Assembly (NCBI GenBank): GCA_964188305.1
Contig: OZ076893.1
Origin: Podarcis bocagei
Taxonomy: Eukaryota
Direction: 5' to 3' (one strand)
Length of the DNA: 64,000 bases
The notes beneath the pieces are model-generated. The model was not told where the DNA came from. It did not search any database and was given only the letters and a program-made list of their open reading frames with translations. The position numbers were made by a program, and so were the translations under genes. Positions 1 through 12,400 of this stretch are shown here, piece by piece; the first letter of the stretch is position 1; each line of letters begins with the position of its first letter.

Positions 1-69
1 GTTTAGTCCAGAGATAGAAAGATGAACGGGATCTGCTTTCTTTTATCTTAATTTTTCTCTTCTCTTCAG

Positions 70-155
70 TGTTGTCAAGAAGGTGGCACAGTATATGGCT
101 GATGTGCTGGAAGACAGTAAAGATAAAGTTCAGGAAAACCTTCTGGCCAATGGAG
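70..155 (+). CDS. ATP6V1C1: V-ATPase V1 subunit C1, exon 4 (upstream exons lie outside the window)
   Basis: AG at 68-69, GT at 156-157; encodes [28 protein letters not shown], matching vertebrate ATP6V1C1; 86 bp, phase-compatible with next exon. Confidence 0.97.
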
Positions 156-2020
156 GTAAATGTTAGCTTTCTGTGAAGGGTGACATCGGAAGTTGATGGT
201 TTGAGCATAAATTCAGAAGTGATGCATATGAGTCATAGGAAAGCATTTTCTGCAACACAAGTGATAGCAAGAATTCAAAGCAAGCAGAAAACCTAGAAAC
301 CAACCTATAAGTATAATATCTAAAAGGAAGCTTGCTCTTCAGCTGCAGTTCTGCTTTCCCTACCTTGTTTATAATTCTAGATTTTTATGTGATCAGTGTC
401 TTCTCCTTAGTTACGTTAAGCACAAGCTTTTCATGTATGCGAATTTGAACATCCTTGAAATAGATAGAAATGTTCATTGCATTAAAAAGACATACAAATA
501 ATTATGGTGATACTGATCTTGTCCATTAAATCTTTGAGTGTGATATCCAATAATGGGCATATTCAAAGTAGTCCCAACTGAGAACAAGGGCAAGATACTT
601 ATGTCTGTTGTTTTCAACGGGTTTGATCTCAGTGCAACTTAGTTGGCTATCACCCTGAGTCGATAGTATCAAAAAGAAATGAAAAATACTGTCATACCCA
701 AAGAATAGTGTGAAATGTTGGAATGCTGATCCATTCCCCCCCCCCTTGCAGTCCTTTAAAAAAGTGACACCACAGATGCTTTTGTAAGAGTAGAGGTGCC
801 ATTTCTGAACACGTGAAAAAATTGATGTGATGGGTGTAATATGCCTTCAGAGTTTACTAAAGTAACTTTTGAAAGTGGGTTGGAGAATCTGTGGCCCTCC
901 AGATGTTGGAATTAAGCTCCCAGCAAGTCCTAGCTAGCTTGGCCAATGGTTGAGGCTGACGTCCAACAATCTCTGGAAGGCTTCAGGTTCCTCAACCCTG
1001 TTCTAACAAGCGTTTAATCGCCCCTAAACTAGTGTATCACGGCTGGCCAAAATAAGTGTTAGGCTGTCCCAGAGTAGCTTTTTATTGTTGGTTACCACCT
1101 GTAAATCTAGGTTATCATTAGGTGACCTGAATAAATGGATCACAGCAATCCAGTATCTTTAATTATGCCGAAAGAAATTGTCTGGTGGGGGCCACTTCTG
1201 CTCCTGCAGTACTGTCACAACAATGCCCTGTCAAAATGCCCCCCTCTCAGCAACTAAAGGTAAAAGGGGCTCCATCCTCTTATTGCTTCTGATCCACTCT
1301 AATTATGTATGTGCACAAAATTCATATATGAAAAGAAACATCCCAAACAGCATACCTTTTAACATGGCCTTGCTGCAATGGCTTCTAAACTTTCTTATAC
1401 TACATATAGTCTTTCCTGTGTTTTAAAAGGCAAACATCTATATAAAGTCTCCAGGAGCATTGCTTGGTAGGTGTATTTATTCATTCATGCAGGTTGCGCG
1501 CCATCCGATAACGTAAAGTTCTCTGGCTGGCTTAAAATAGTTGTGTAAAAAAGCAACTGAAATTCCAGGTAAACAAAGCCATTTTTAAAAGATAGGAACT
1601 CTAGATAAATAAACCAAACGGAACTCCACCCACCTAAAGTTAAAAACAGATTTTTGAAAAATGGGCCAGATTACTTAAATGATTTAAAAGTGAGCAGAAA
1701 GGTCTTCACCTGGTACAATAAGGATAAGAAATATGAAGCCTGGCTGTTCCATAACTGAGATGCCACTCTCCCAGCCGTGACTCACCACACTTCATTCAAT
1801 GGGGGCAGCCAGAGCTGGGTCTCTGAAGTGGAATTTGAGGTCTGAGTAGGTACATAGAGGAGAAGATGTCTTTCAGATAGCCTTGACCAAGTTCAGAGCT
1901 TTTGAGGTTAAACCTGAATTTTAAATTGTGCCCATAAATCGGCCGGGAGCCAGAACACCTCAGGAAGCACAAGTTTGTGCTTAGTTTGCCAATACCAATA
2001 TTCAATCTTTGTGTTCACAG

Positions 2021-2115
2021 TTGATTTGGTCACCTACATAACAAGGTTCCAGTGGGACATGGCAAAGTATCCAATCAAGCAGTCTCTGAAGAATATTTCA
2101 GAAATAATTGCCAAG
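2021..2115 (+). CDS. ATP6V1C1: ATP6V1C1 exon 5
   Basis: ttcacag| ... aag|gtagg; encodes [32 protein letters not shown]. Confidence 0.97.
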
Positions 2116-2376
2116 GTAGGATTATACTATCCAAAGAGGTATGAAACTTGTGTTATAATCTCTGTGGTACTGCATAGACCATGCACCAGGGTGTGGTAAA
2201 AATTACTTCTGTTTTTTAGCCTCTTTGATGTTCTTTTTTAAAAAAGAAGAAACTATCAAAAATCCCCAAAGTGACGAACAAGTGCAGAAAGCATCTGTGG
2301 TGCAAAAGCTCCCCCCCCCCAATAAAAGCATACAGTGATTTATCAGGCTGATCAATGAAAACATTGACCTGACGTA

Positions 2377-2629
2377 CAGTGGTGCCTCGCAAGACGAAAA
2401 TAATTCGTTCCGTGAGTCTTTTCGTCTTGCGATGTTTTTTGTCTTGCGAAGCACGGTCCGTCGCAACTGCGCCTCTTCAAGCAGCTTTTAAAAAAAAGCG
2501 CAAGACGTTTTTGTCTTGCGAAGCAAGCCCATAGGGAAATTCGTCTAGTGAAGCAACGCAAAACCGAAAAACCCTTTCGTCTAGCGAGTTTTTCGTCTTG
2601 CGAGGCATTCGTCTTGCGGGGCACCACTG
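2377..2629. mobile_element. Tc1/mariner (pogo/Tigger-like) MITE
   Basis: TIRs CAGTGGTGCCTCGCAAGACGAA / TTCGTCTTGCGGGGCACCACTG, TA on both flanks. Confidence 0.9.
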
Positions 2630-4951
2630 TATTAGGAAATGGAAAATTGCCTCCTATTAACATTAAGAAAAGGGGGAATCTGGAAAAGGTCAGGTAGTAG
2701 ACTAACCTCTTATCAGGGTCTTGCATACTCTGGAAATATAAATACGGTTAATAAAATATAGATATGCAACCCAGTTGGGCATATTCCAATACTGAATACT
2801 TTAAGTGACAAAATTGGTATCGATCAGACATTTCAGAGGAAGGAATACAGAATGGAAACAAAGCTATAAAATAGGCACGTAGAATTAGGACAGTTGCACA
2901 TGGTTAAAATGACAAAGTCCAAGTAAAGACTTATCAATGTTAGCAGATTATCAGGTATAGTTCCAGATTTGCCATGTTTGTCTTGTTCAGTGCAAACCTA
3001 CAACACCATAAATCTGTATTCGTTTATAGTTTGCCCATTTATGAAGGCTCAGTCCTACACTGGCAAGTGTGGATTATCTTGTCCAAAAGATTATTGATCT
3101 AATTTTCTAGTCTGTCTGTGCAGCCTTGCACCACAGTCCTAACTCAAAGGCTTGTTCTCTCCCACAACTTATACCTTCTCTCCAAACTGGCAGGATGTAG
3201 CAATCCTGTTTCCTAACCGCACTAATTGTGACTAAGGCTCCTCTATACGGCATTTGCCCTTGACAAAAACCCAAGCCTTTTCTTTTTCTTCCCATCCCCA
3301 CTGCCCTGCTTGTTTCTCCTATAGATATTTGGGAATGGATGGGAATAGCTTCTAATTAGGGAATAGCTCAAAGAAGGGAAGCTCTTTTTCCAGCTGCAGG
3401 GCGGCTGGCGACTGCTCTCTAGGAAGAGATTCATCTTGCTTAGTGAAATAGCTGGTAGATTAACTGTCTAAATAAATCATCACCAGGGATGAATGGTGCC
3501 ATTGTGCTAAAGAGGAAAGGGAAGATAAAGCCAACTAAAGTGCCATTTGTGGATAGTGAGGCGTGCAGTTGTAGCCTTCCCTGGGTGGTCACCACAGCGA
3601 AATCATTGCTTTTCTTCTAGTTGGCCTCTTGGCAATTCCCTGCAGTAATTCCCCAAATATTTCATAGCTTCACATAAGTATGGGAACAATAACTATTCTG
3701 TATTGTAAAAGGAAGTAAATAGTCCCTCCCTGCCAGCTCTGTGATCAGTTTTGTTTCCAGTCCTTCATAAAACTCTTGGGTGATGCCTTTCCCTTTCACC
3801 ATGAGCGCTGTTTACTTGAGCAGCAATTAATTAACTACCAGATCTTTCAGTAGATGCCCCTAAATACCACTTTTATCTGCTAGATGTTCAAATCAGGCAT
3901 ACTTCCTTGAACAAGCTTCTGTAGTCCTTCTGTGTTAAGACTGAAGCAGGAACTGCCACCCAAGTTCACAGTAAACCATTAATTGTTTGCTGTGATGTGC
4001 TAAATGGGCCACAGTGGGTGGTATCCCCCTAGTTTACAGAGAGTAGGATCATTAAAATTAAGACTGGAGTTAGCCATGACTATTATTTTAACTGGGACTA
4101 CTCTGAGTAGGATGAGCATTGGATATAGCCCTGTGATTTTGGAACTATTCTATTGGAACAACTTAGGAAAAAAGTTGTTTCAAGGCTGAACATCCACATG
4201 GGTTTTCCAGAAAGGATCCAAGACCAGACCTAGTTAGAATTATAAAAATAAAATAATAAAAAATCTTTAATGGAAAACTCTATGGTTAAGATCCACAGGC
4301 TGCCAGAAAAAAAATTCTGGGAGTCCAGGGCAACAGTACATCTTAAGGTGCACTTAAAACAGAGAGGAGTTTCAAGAGTGATTTGATAGTGTATGGAGGT
4401 TAAATGTGCAAAGGGAAAGGAATTCGAATTCCACTGGGTGTGTGGAGGCCCTGGGGTAAGCCTCAAGTATGTTTCTGGATCCCACCCCCACATCATTAGC
4501 AACTTCAGTGACTGTTCTAGCAAAGTGTAAGCTCCATTTAAACTGGTCATATATGCCACAAAATAATGCTATTTCATTACTTCTGAGAATAATTTTCTGT
4601 CTTTTAAAAAAAGTTCATAAAAAGGGGATTCCAAGTCGTAATCCTTTCTAAGGCAATTACAGATTTTTTGAACTCAGTTTACTAATATAGTAAACTTCTT
4701 TAAGAAACTGTGTGTAAGTGATAATCTGTGGCCTTCTTCATCCTGGTGTCCTTCAAGGGCTTATGGAAACTCTAGTCCAAAACATCTGGAGCGTAACAGC
4801 TGGAATGCTGGCCAGTGAATATTGTCTTATTTTCCTAGCCTGATACTCATTTGCACATAATTGTCATTTTTATAGGAAAGTCTAATCCAGTATTTAAATG
4901 CTTCTTAGAAAACACTGATATAGTTTTGTTTCTGAATTTTGTTCTTTAAAG

Positions 4952-5043
4952 GGAGTGACTCAGATTGATAATGACCTGAAGGCAAGGGCGTCTGCATACA
5001 ACAACCTGAAAGGCAACCTTCAGAACTTGGAAAGGAAGAATGC
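4952..5043 (+). CDS. ATP6V1C1: ATP6V1C1 exon 6
   Basis: ctttaaag| ... gc|gtgagt; encodes [31 protein letters not shown]. Confidence 0.97.
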
Positions 5044-5637
5044 GTGAGTTGTCTTCTTCTGTAAGGCAATCTGAAAGCAGGCTGATGAATTTGATATGTT
5101 CAATGTGACTTTTGATTTCTGAATTCATACATTTCTCAGGCAAGGGCCTAAATTAGCAGACTGCCCTACCTCTGGGAGTTAGTCACATTTGAAACAAGCT
5201 AAGAAAAACCCCCTGAAAAAAGAGGGAAGAAACATATTTGCCATCATGTTGAAGTCATACAGAGAATTGTACAACAACCAGCCATATAGCTCAACTTGTC
5301 AGTCTTGAGTATCACAGCACACGATCTTTGTTTTCAGATAACATTATCACATCACAGCTATAATAGAAAATTTAAGTGGCGGGCTCTGCATATCATGCAA
5401 GTTTATCTGAAAACTTGGGATTTCATACTTTACCAAGCTTAAGTTAGCCACTCACTTGGATTGAGATTTTGGCTATTTGTCAGTAAAATAATTGATTGGC
5501 TTTGGGGCATGTCTAATTGATTATATCACATCAGGGGCACTATAAAAATTGTAGCTATTCGCTGCCAAAAGTCTTATTATTCAGATCAAATTATAAGAAT
5601 TATACATTCATTTCTTGATCTTCTTGTTCTTTAACAG

Positions 5638-5736
5638 GGGAAGTTTGCTAACCAGAAGTCTGGCTGAAATTGTAAAGAAAGATGACTTTGTACTTGATTC
5701 TGAATATTTGATTACGTTGTTAGTGGTTGTACCAAA
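5638..5736 (+). CDS. ATP6V1C1: ATP6V1C1 exon 7
   Basis: ttaacag| ... aa|gtaagt; encodes [33 protein letters not shown]. Confidence 0.97.
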
Positions 5737-7282
5737 GTAAGTCTGTCTCCTGGTCTCAAAAAGAATCCTTTCTGAAACATAAAGACAAGCATATAGAATG
5801 TAATGAGGAAGGGATATTTCACAGCATGATTTGTTTGCTGAAACTGCTATGTTACCATGGAATAATTAAAGGAACATGTGGAAATATACAATCCACTTCT
5901 AAGGGGCAGGGGAATGGGCATTGTCTTTACATTGTCTCAACATCAGCAAAAACACTCAGTGTTTCCATTGTAAGTTGAAGCCCTTTCACAAGCACTTCAA
6001 AATCTGTTTATTTATGAAGTCAGTCAAGAGAAATCTAGCTAAGCTGTGAAAACTGCCCTCCAGGTTTCAGAAATTCTCATTGATTTGCTCTAACCTATTG
6101 AAGTGTTTAGCTTGTAAATTGGATTTACTCAAGTCAGTCAACATTTTACTTATTATCACTGCATTTATCTTCCCTGCCCTAACTCTCTCTATCTTAGCCT
6201 ACAATCTTAGTAAAGTATTAGCAGGCCAGGCAAACGAGACTATTCTTAGTAATAATATTTTAGTCAAAGTAAATTGTGTTGAGGGTGTATCTGAGTTGGT
6301 CAAAGGATGCTGATAGCTCATGGAAATTTACTAGCTTAAAAAAAATTAAAACTGGGAATACTTTATAAAAAGGTATTGTCGGGAAAAGAAGACATTTTTA
6401 GGCCAATAAAGAGTTGAAACTAAAGAATAAGGTGTTGAGTATAGCTTCTTGCTTAATTATGTAGAACATTCTGTACATCTAAAATTATATACACAACAAA
6501 AACTTAGTTTTCTATTTCTATATTTAATTTTACCCCATGCCTGCTTTATTCTGGGTGTTGAATGGGGCTTGCAGTGCAAACCTATGCATATTTGCTTTAA
6601 AGTAAGTGTCCATAAAAATGCAATGAAAAATATGCACTTTGAGTTGTTATTGTTATTGTTATTATACTCCATCCATCTAGCTGGGTTTCCCCAGCCACTC
6701 TGAGTGACTTGCAGCATATCTAAAAACATAATAAAAACATCAAGTATTAAAAGTTTGATCTCTGCTCTAATGCACAATGTTCTACCCTGTGAAAACCAGG
6801 AGTGCTTTTTCCTATGCAATAAAAACTAGAGTTTGCAATAGGTATTGTTCATTACAACAACTTCCTTGCAAGTCCTGGGTCAACACTATGATCTTAAAGC
6901 TGCACTGGAGAACTTAAGTCTGTCTAAGTCTTAAGCTGTACGCACCACTGGGAATGAATCCCTGGAGTTCAGAATAAATTGAGTAAAGATACATACAATA
7001 GTGCTATAAAACTATTTCCTGACTTAGCACCTGACAGAGCAACATCTGATGCAGTGCAAAGTTCTTCTGTAGATGGAAAGGAAACTAGGCAGCCCCTCTT
7101 TGTATTCATGGAGAAAGCTGGAGGACACATCAGACTGCTCCTTGGATCCTGGGTGTATCCTGTGTGTATACCCAGTGTATCCTGAAAACACTCATGGTGC
7201 TGATAGTGGCAAAAAGAACTTTGTGCTCCCTTCCCCAGGGATTTTGGTTAAGACAACTAATGCTTAACTTTTCCATCTTTAG

Positions 7283-7351
7283 GATAAATTATAATGACTG
7301 GATGAAGCAGTATGAAACTTTAACGGATATGATAGTGCCACGATCCAGCAA
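7283..7351 (+). CDS. ATP6V1C1: ATP6V1C1 exon 8
   Basis: atctttag| ... aa|gtaagt; encodes INYNDWMKQYETLTDMIVPRSS. Confidence 0.96.
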
Positions 7352-8257
7352 GTAAGTTTGATTTCACTCACTTAGGAACACAGTTGAAAATAGGCTGATG
7401 TACTCCAAAAAAAGGAGAAACAGCTTTTGGAGACTTGGTTTGCCTAGTACTATAACACACACACCCCCAAAAAAGTTCTCTTTTAGAATTCTTTCATCAC
7501 CTTGTGATTTGAGTCTTTGAATCCGTTTCCCCAGAAACCTGCATTCCTGAACCATGAATACAAGTGCCACCTTATCCTGAGTTTGGTTCCAGTAACGCCC
7601 AGTAATGTGTGCAGCCAGTTGTACTGCTGGCCACAGCCCAACCACATGGTACAATTGTTAGGTGAGGTGATGTTCAAAAAAGCATATTTTTGTCATGGTC
7701 TCATTTGGACTTGAAGGTTGAAAGTCCAGTGTTGTTCTACTGGACCAACTGCATTTGAGGAACCTTTGGTTTGCACAGAATTCGTTTTATGGGGCAAGGC
7801 CGGGTGCGACTCTCATTCTGGCCCCTCCTCTGAAGCAGGATCTGTACTTCAGTTCGAATGCTCCATTCGCTTTACTAAGCAGGCAAGATTGGGAAAGCTA
7901 CTGAAAGCTGTTAAGCAGTGTTGCAAATTTGAGGTCATTTTCTGAGAGAACACTTAAATTGCACAGAGCGGGTTTAATGCCGCTCGCTTTGCTCAGAAAG
8001 GACAACGCTTTGAATGTGAAATGCGACTCGAGCACTTCTCCTGTGAGGCATGGCAAAGGTGAGCTGCAATTACTCCTCTAATAGAGGTACACCATCTGTA
8101 AGCCTAGCACTGTAATCGGAAACAGTACAACTGAGTAGCAGCAGCAGCACATAAGCTGCTTTTGCTGGTCTTGCGTTACAGGTTACAGTTTTTATTGCAG
8201 TATGTCTGTTCCTTTATTTTTTGACCTCTGCTCCCTGGCGTCTTTCATTCTTTGCAG

Positions 8258-8350
8258 TGTTCTTTCGGAGGACCAGGATAGTTATCTCTGTAATGTCACC
8301 TTGTTCAGGAAGGCCGTGGATGAGTTCAGGCACAAAGCCAGGGAAAACAA
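8258..8350 (+). CDS. ATP6V1C1: ATP6V1C1 exon 9
   Basis: tttgcag| ... aa|gtaagt; encodes [31 protein letters not shown]. Confidence 0.97.
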
Positions 8351-8432
8351 GTAAGTGGTCCTCCCAGGTTGTTTTTCTGCCGAACAGCCATTGTAAAGCA
8401 ACCTAAAATGGTCTGCTGGTCTCCCGATGCAG

Positions 8433-8526
8433 GTTTATGGTCCGCGACTTTCAGTATAATGAAGAAGAGATGAAGGCAGACAAGGAAGAAATGAACAGGC
8501 TGTCTACTGATAAGAAGAAACAGTTT
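8433..8526 (+). CDS. ATP6V1C1: ATP6V1C1 exon 10 (after an 82-bp intron)
   Basis: gatgcag| ... ttt|gtaagt; encodes [31 protein letters not shown]. Confidence 0.97.
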
Positions 8527-8728
8527 GTAAGTTCAGTGTGTGTTAAATACATTTGAAGATAATTCTTCAACCCCCCCCATAGTTTTTCCTTCCCTACATC
8601 TGCCTTTAGGGACTATTGAGACTAATTCATTGATATATAAGAAACGTTGCAGCAAATGCAGAGCAAGCAAAGCAGCCTTTGACAGTATGAAAGCTGTTAT
8701 AGTAATTGTAGGTTACAGTTTGGGCTAC

Positions 8729-9481
8729 TGTCAGAGCTGCTTCAAGATCCTAGCTCACAGAGGATCACGCTAGCCAGCGGTTATTAAGTAAAAGTCTTTA
8801 TTGAATTACAGTTTCCATTCTCACGCTGCTGTCTGCAACTCTACGTCTACTAGCTAGATCGGCGAGGCTCCGTCTGAGTCTCCGCCCCGTGCGCACCAAC
8901 TTAATATCCTAGCCTTGCTCCACCTTTTCCTCCTGACTGTCCTCCTCTGGGTCCCTCTACCCCCCGGGGCTTCTTCCTTCCGGGATTCTTCTGACGCTGA
9001 CCCGGACCCTTCTGCCTCCTTGCGCCGGGCTTTAGGACCCGGTTCCCTTTCGGGGCTGCTCACTGCGCCGCCTTCCTCTGCATTTGAACTTGGCGCGCGC
9101 GCCCAACCTTCCACTTTCCTCTTAACCGTTTCCTCGCTCCCCGATGGAGGTGTGGCCACTCCTGACTCCTGCCCTCCCTCCTGTGGTGAGCTGCCAGCGC
9201 TTCCCTCCTGGCTCCTCTCCTCTTCCCTGCTTCCTGGCGGTGACGCTGGTCCCGATCTCCAGCTGCTCCCCCCTGAGTCTCCTCTGGCTCTATCTTCCTG
9301 GGGTGCCTCCCTAGACTCCCCCCTTGCCCTGGCCACTGGTGCTCCTTTCTGTGAATCCTCTGATTCACTGGAAAGACTGGGAGATCTCGGGTCGTCGTCA
9401 TCACTCATCCTTTCCTCTGTCTCCTCCCCTTCGCTCTCTGTTTCCTCCCTTGCCCGTGCCTCTGCACCTAAACCCCTGACA
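8729..9481 (-). repeat. 3' LTR
   Basis: Direct repeat of 14521-15273 (offset 5792); AATAAA on the - strand at 8802-8797. Confidence 0.97.
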
Positions 9482-12400
9482 TCCATCCCCCCCTCGAAGC
9501 CCCCCAGTCCCCCCTCCCCTCCTTCCGGTGCTGGAACTGGGGGCTGCTGTTGCAAAGGGACGAACGTCGGATATCGGTCGCTTCCCGTGGCAGGCCTCCA
9601 GCGGAACTCTTCCAGTTCTTCCTCTCTGCTCTCGTTGACGACAGTCACCTCCTCTTCCATCTCTGTGCCGCCGTGCTCGAAACCAGGGTCGTCCCCGAAA
9701 ATGTCCATGTCCGTCTCTCCCGCACTTCCTCCAGGCGGCGTTGCTCTGCCGGAACAGTCCAGCCACTTCCTGCGGAACTGCTCCTCCGGCCTATCGTCCC
9801 ACCAATACGAGGGTTCTGAGACCGATCCCGAGGGTGACCCCTCCGGGGAACGGACGTCTCGTGTTGGTTCCTCGTCCGAGTCGAACCCCCTGAACGTGCT
9901 GTCCGAAAGCGTGGGCGTGAAAAGCCAGTCGTCGAAAAAGTCTGCTGGCATAGGTCTATGTGGGAAGAGGGCATGAAACTCGTCTTTGAGCAGAGGTTCG
10001 TCTAAAGCGTAGCCCGGCACCCAGCTGTTCGCACTGGCCGGGGTGCCCTCCCTGGCGAGAAAGTATTCTACTCCCTCTTCCCCCCATCTGGAGTCCAAAA
10101 TCTCCGTGACTTCGTTGATGCGCTCCTCCTGTGCCACTCCCGCGTGCCCCGTTCCTTCTCTGAGCGGACTCGGCGCCGTTCCGGGTTCCTGGAACCTGTG
10201 CGGTGCCTTGTAGGGAGTGAGCACCGATCTGTGGAACACCGGATGCATTCTGGAACCCTCCGGAAGCGCCAGCTTGAAAGCCACCGGGTTGACCTGCTCT
10301 TCGACTTGGTAGGGCCCCAGTTGTTTATGCCCTAGTTTCTTCTTGGCCAACGACCTGGCCGGCACTGCGTGGGCTGCTAACCAGACCCAGTCTCCCACGT
10401 GGAGCTCTTCACCAACCCTTCTGTGTTTGTCCGCTTGTACCTTGTATGCGTGTTTAGCCAGCTCCAGGTGGCGCCGCAGCTGATCGTGGACTTCCTGCAG
10501 CTCCGACGCGAACGCATCTGCTGACTGCGGCTCCCCTTCTCCCCTGCATTCCAGTCCCGGAAAGGTTCTAGGGTGCCGCCCGTTGTTGGCGAAGAACGGC
10601 GTGACGCCCGTGGATACGTGCTTCGTGTTGTTGTAGGCAAACTCTGCAAGCGGCAGGTAATCTACCCACGTCGCAGGCTGTTGGTTTGCATAACATCTCA
10701 GGTACTGCTGCATGATGGCATTGGCTCGCTCCGCTTGCCCGTTGGTCTGCGGGTGTCTCGCCGACGCCAGATTGATCTTGACGTTTAGGAAGCCCATCAG
10801 TTTCTGCCAGAAGTTCGAGATGAACTGCCGCCCGCGGTCGGACAGAATAGACCGTGGCAGACCGTGAACCTTGAACACGTGGTCTATGAACAGTTTGGCG
10901 GTTAGCTCCGCCGTGGCCACCTTAGCACACGGAATGAAATGCGCCATCTTGGAGAACAGGTCCACCACCACCAACACTGCCGTCTTGCCCCTTGAGCTGG
11001 GCAGATCCGTGACAAAGTCCAGAGCCACCCTTTCCCAAGGTTCGACCGGAGTTTGCAGCGGCTCCAACAGTCCAGCCGGCGGTTTGTGCACCGGCTTTGC
11101 CCTCTGGCAGGTGTCACACCTCGCTACGTAGTCTGCGACCTCCCCTCTCATTCCAGGCCACCAGAAATCCCTGGCTACTAATTCCACCGTCTTCTCCTTG
11201 CCAAAGTGCCCGGCCGTGGGTGCGTCGTGCAGCTGCTGTAGCACCGTGGCTCGAAGTTCGTCACCCGGCACGTAGATGGCCCCTTTACGGATGAGCAAGC
11301 CATCTCGTAGCTGGAAACCGTCGGCCGCTGCCTTGCCCCCTCGCACCTCTGCCATCTTCGTTCGTGCGAAGGAGTCCCCCTGCAACGCTCGCCGCACCGC
11401 CTCTAGGTCCACGGTCGCCGCGGCGCACGCCCACACTGTCGGTGCAAAGATGTGCATGGCGGCCGCTGGTGTTGCGTCCTCCAGATACTGTGGCTTGCGG
11501 GAGAGAGCGTCTGCCATGATGTTGGTGTCCCCCGGGACATACTCTATTCGGAAGTCGAAGTCCGCAAAGAACTCAGCCCAACGTATCTGCCTCTGGTTCA
11601 GGAACTGTGCCGTGCGCCAGTGTTCCAGATTCTTGTGGTCCGTGCAAACCTGCACCGTGTGCTTGGCGCCGATCAGAAAGTGCCTCCACGCCTTGAACGC
11701 TGCATGAATGGCCAGCAACTCCCTGTCCCATATGGTGTAGTTCTGCTCGGACTTGCTGAGCTTCCTGGAGTAAAACGCTCCCGGCCGCCACACGCCCTGC
11801 GGGTCCTTCTGCAGCAGGACCGCCCCCACTGCTCTGTCCGAAGCGTCTGTCTCCACCCTCATCGGCATGCTGGGGTTGACATGAAGCAGCTGCTCTTCCG
11901 ACGCGAAGAGACGCTTGAGGGCCTGAAAGGACTGCTCCGCCTGCTCTGTCCAGATGAACTTCTTCTTCTTGGAGCTAAGGGTGTCAGTGATGGCCGCCGT
12001 CTGCATCGCGAAGCCCTTGATAAACTTGCGATAGAAGTTCGCAAAGCCGACAAACCGTTGGACCTCCTTCCGGTTGCGTGGGCTCTTCCAATCCAACACC
12101 GCTCGAACCTTGGCGCTGTCCATGGCGAGCCCCTTGGCAGACAGCTTGTAGCCCAGAAAATCCACCTCCGGCACGTCAAATTGGCACTTCTCCAGCTTGG
12201 CGTAGAGCCTGTGTTGCTTTAGCCTGCCCAGCACTTCCTTGACGTGCTTGTCATGTTCTTGCTGCGACTCCGAAAAGATCAGGATGTCATCCAAGAAACA
12301 GACGCACGTCTTGTAGAGAAGTCCCGCCAACACGTGATGCATAAATGCTTGAAAAACGTGAGCGCCATTTTGCAGTCCAAAAGGCATAACTCTGTATTCG

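Noticed and set aside
2390-2620. Regularly recurring TCGTCTTGCGA motif, superficially CRISPR-like
   Set aside because: Short, irregularly spaced, inside a TIR-bounded MITE in a vertebrate intron; no cas genes
8915-9976. 353-aa + strand ORF antisense to the pol tail with a signal-peptide-like start (also 14707-15540)
   Set aside because: Starts at TTG, not ATG; S/P/L-rich composition is the expected mirror of the E/G/R-rich sense frame; no env-like features
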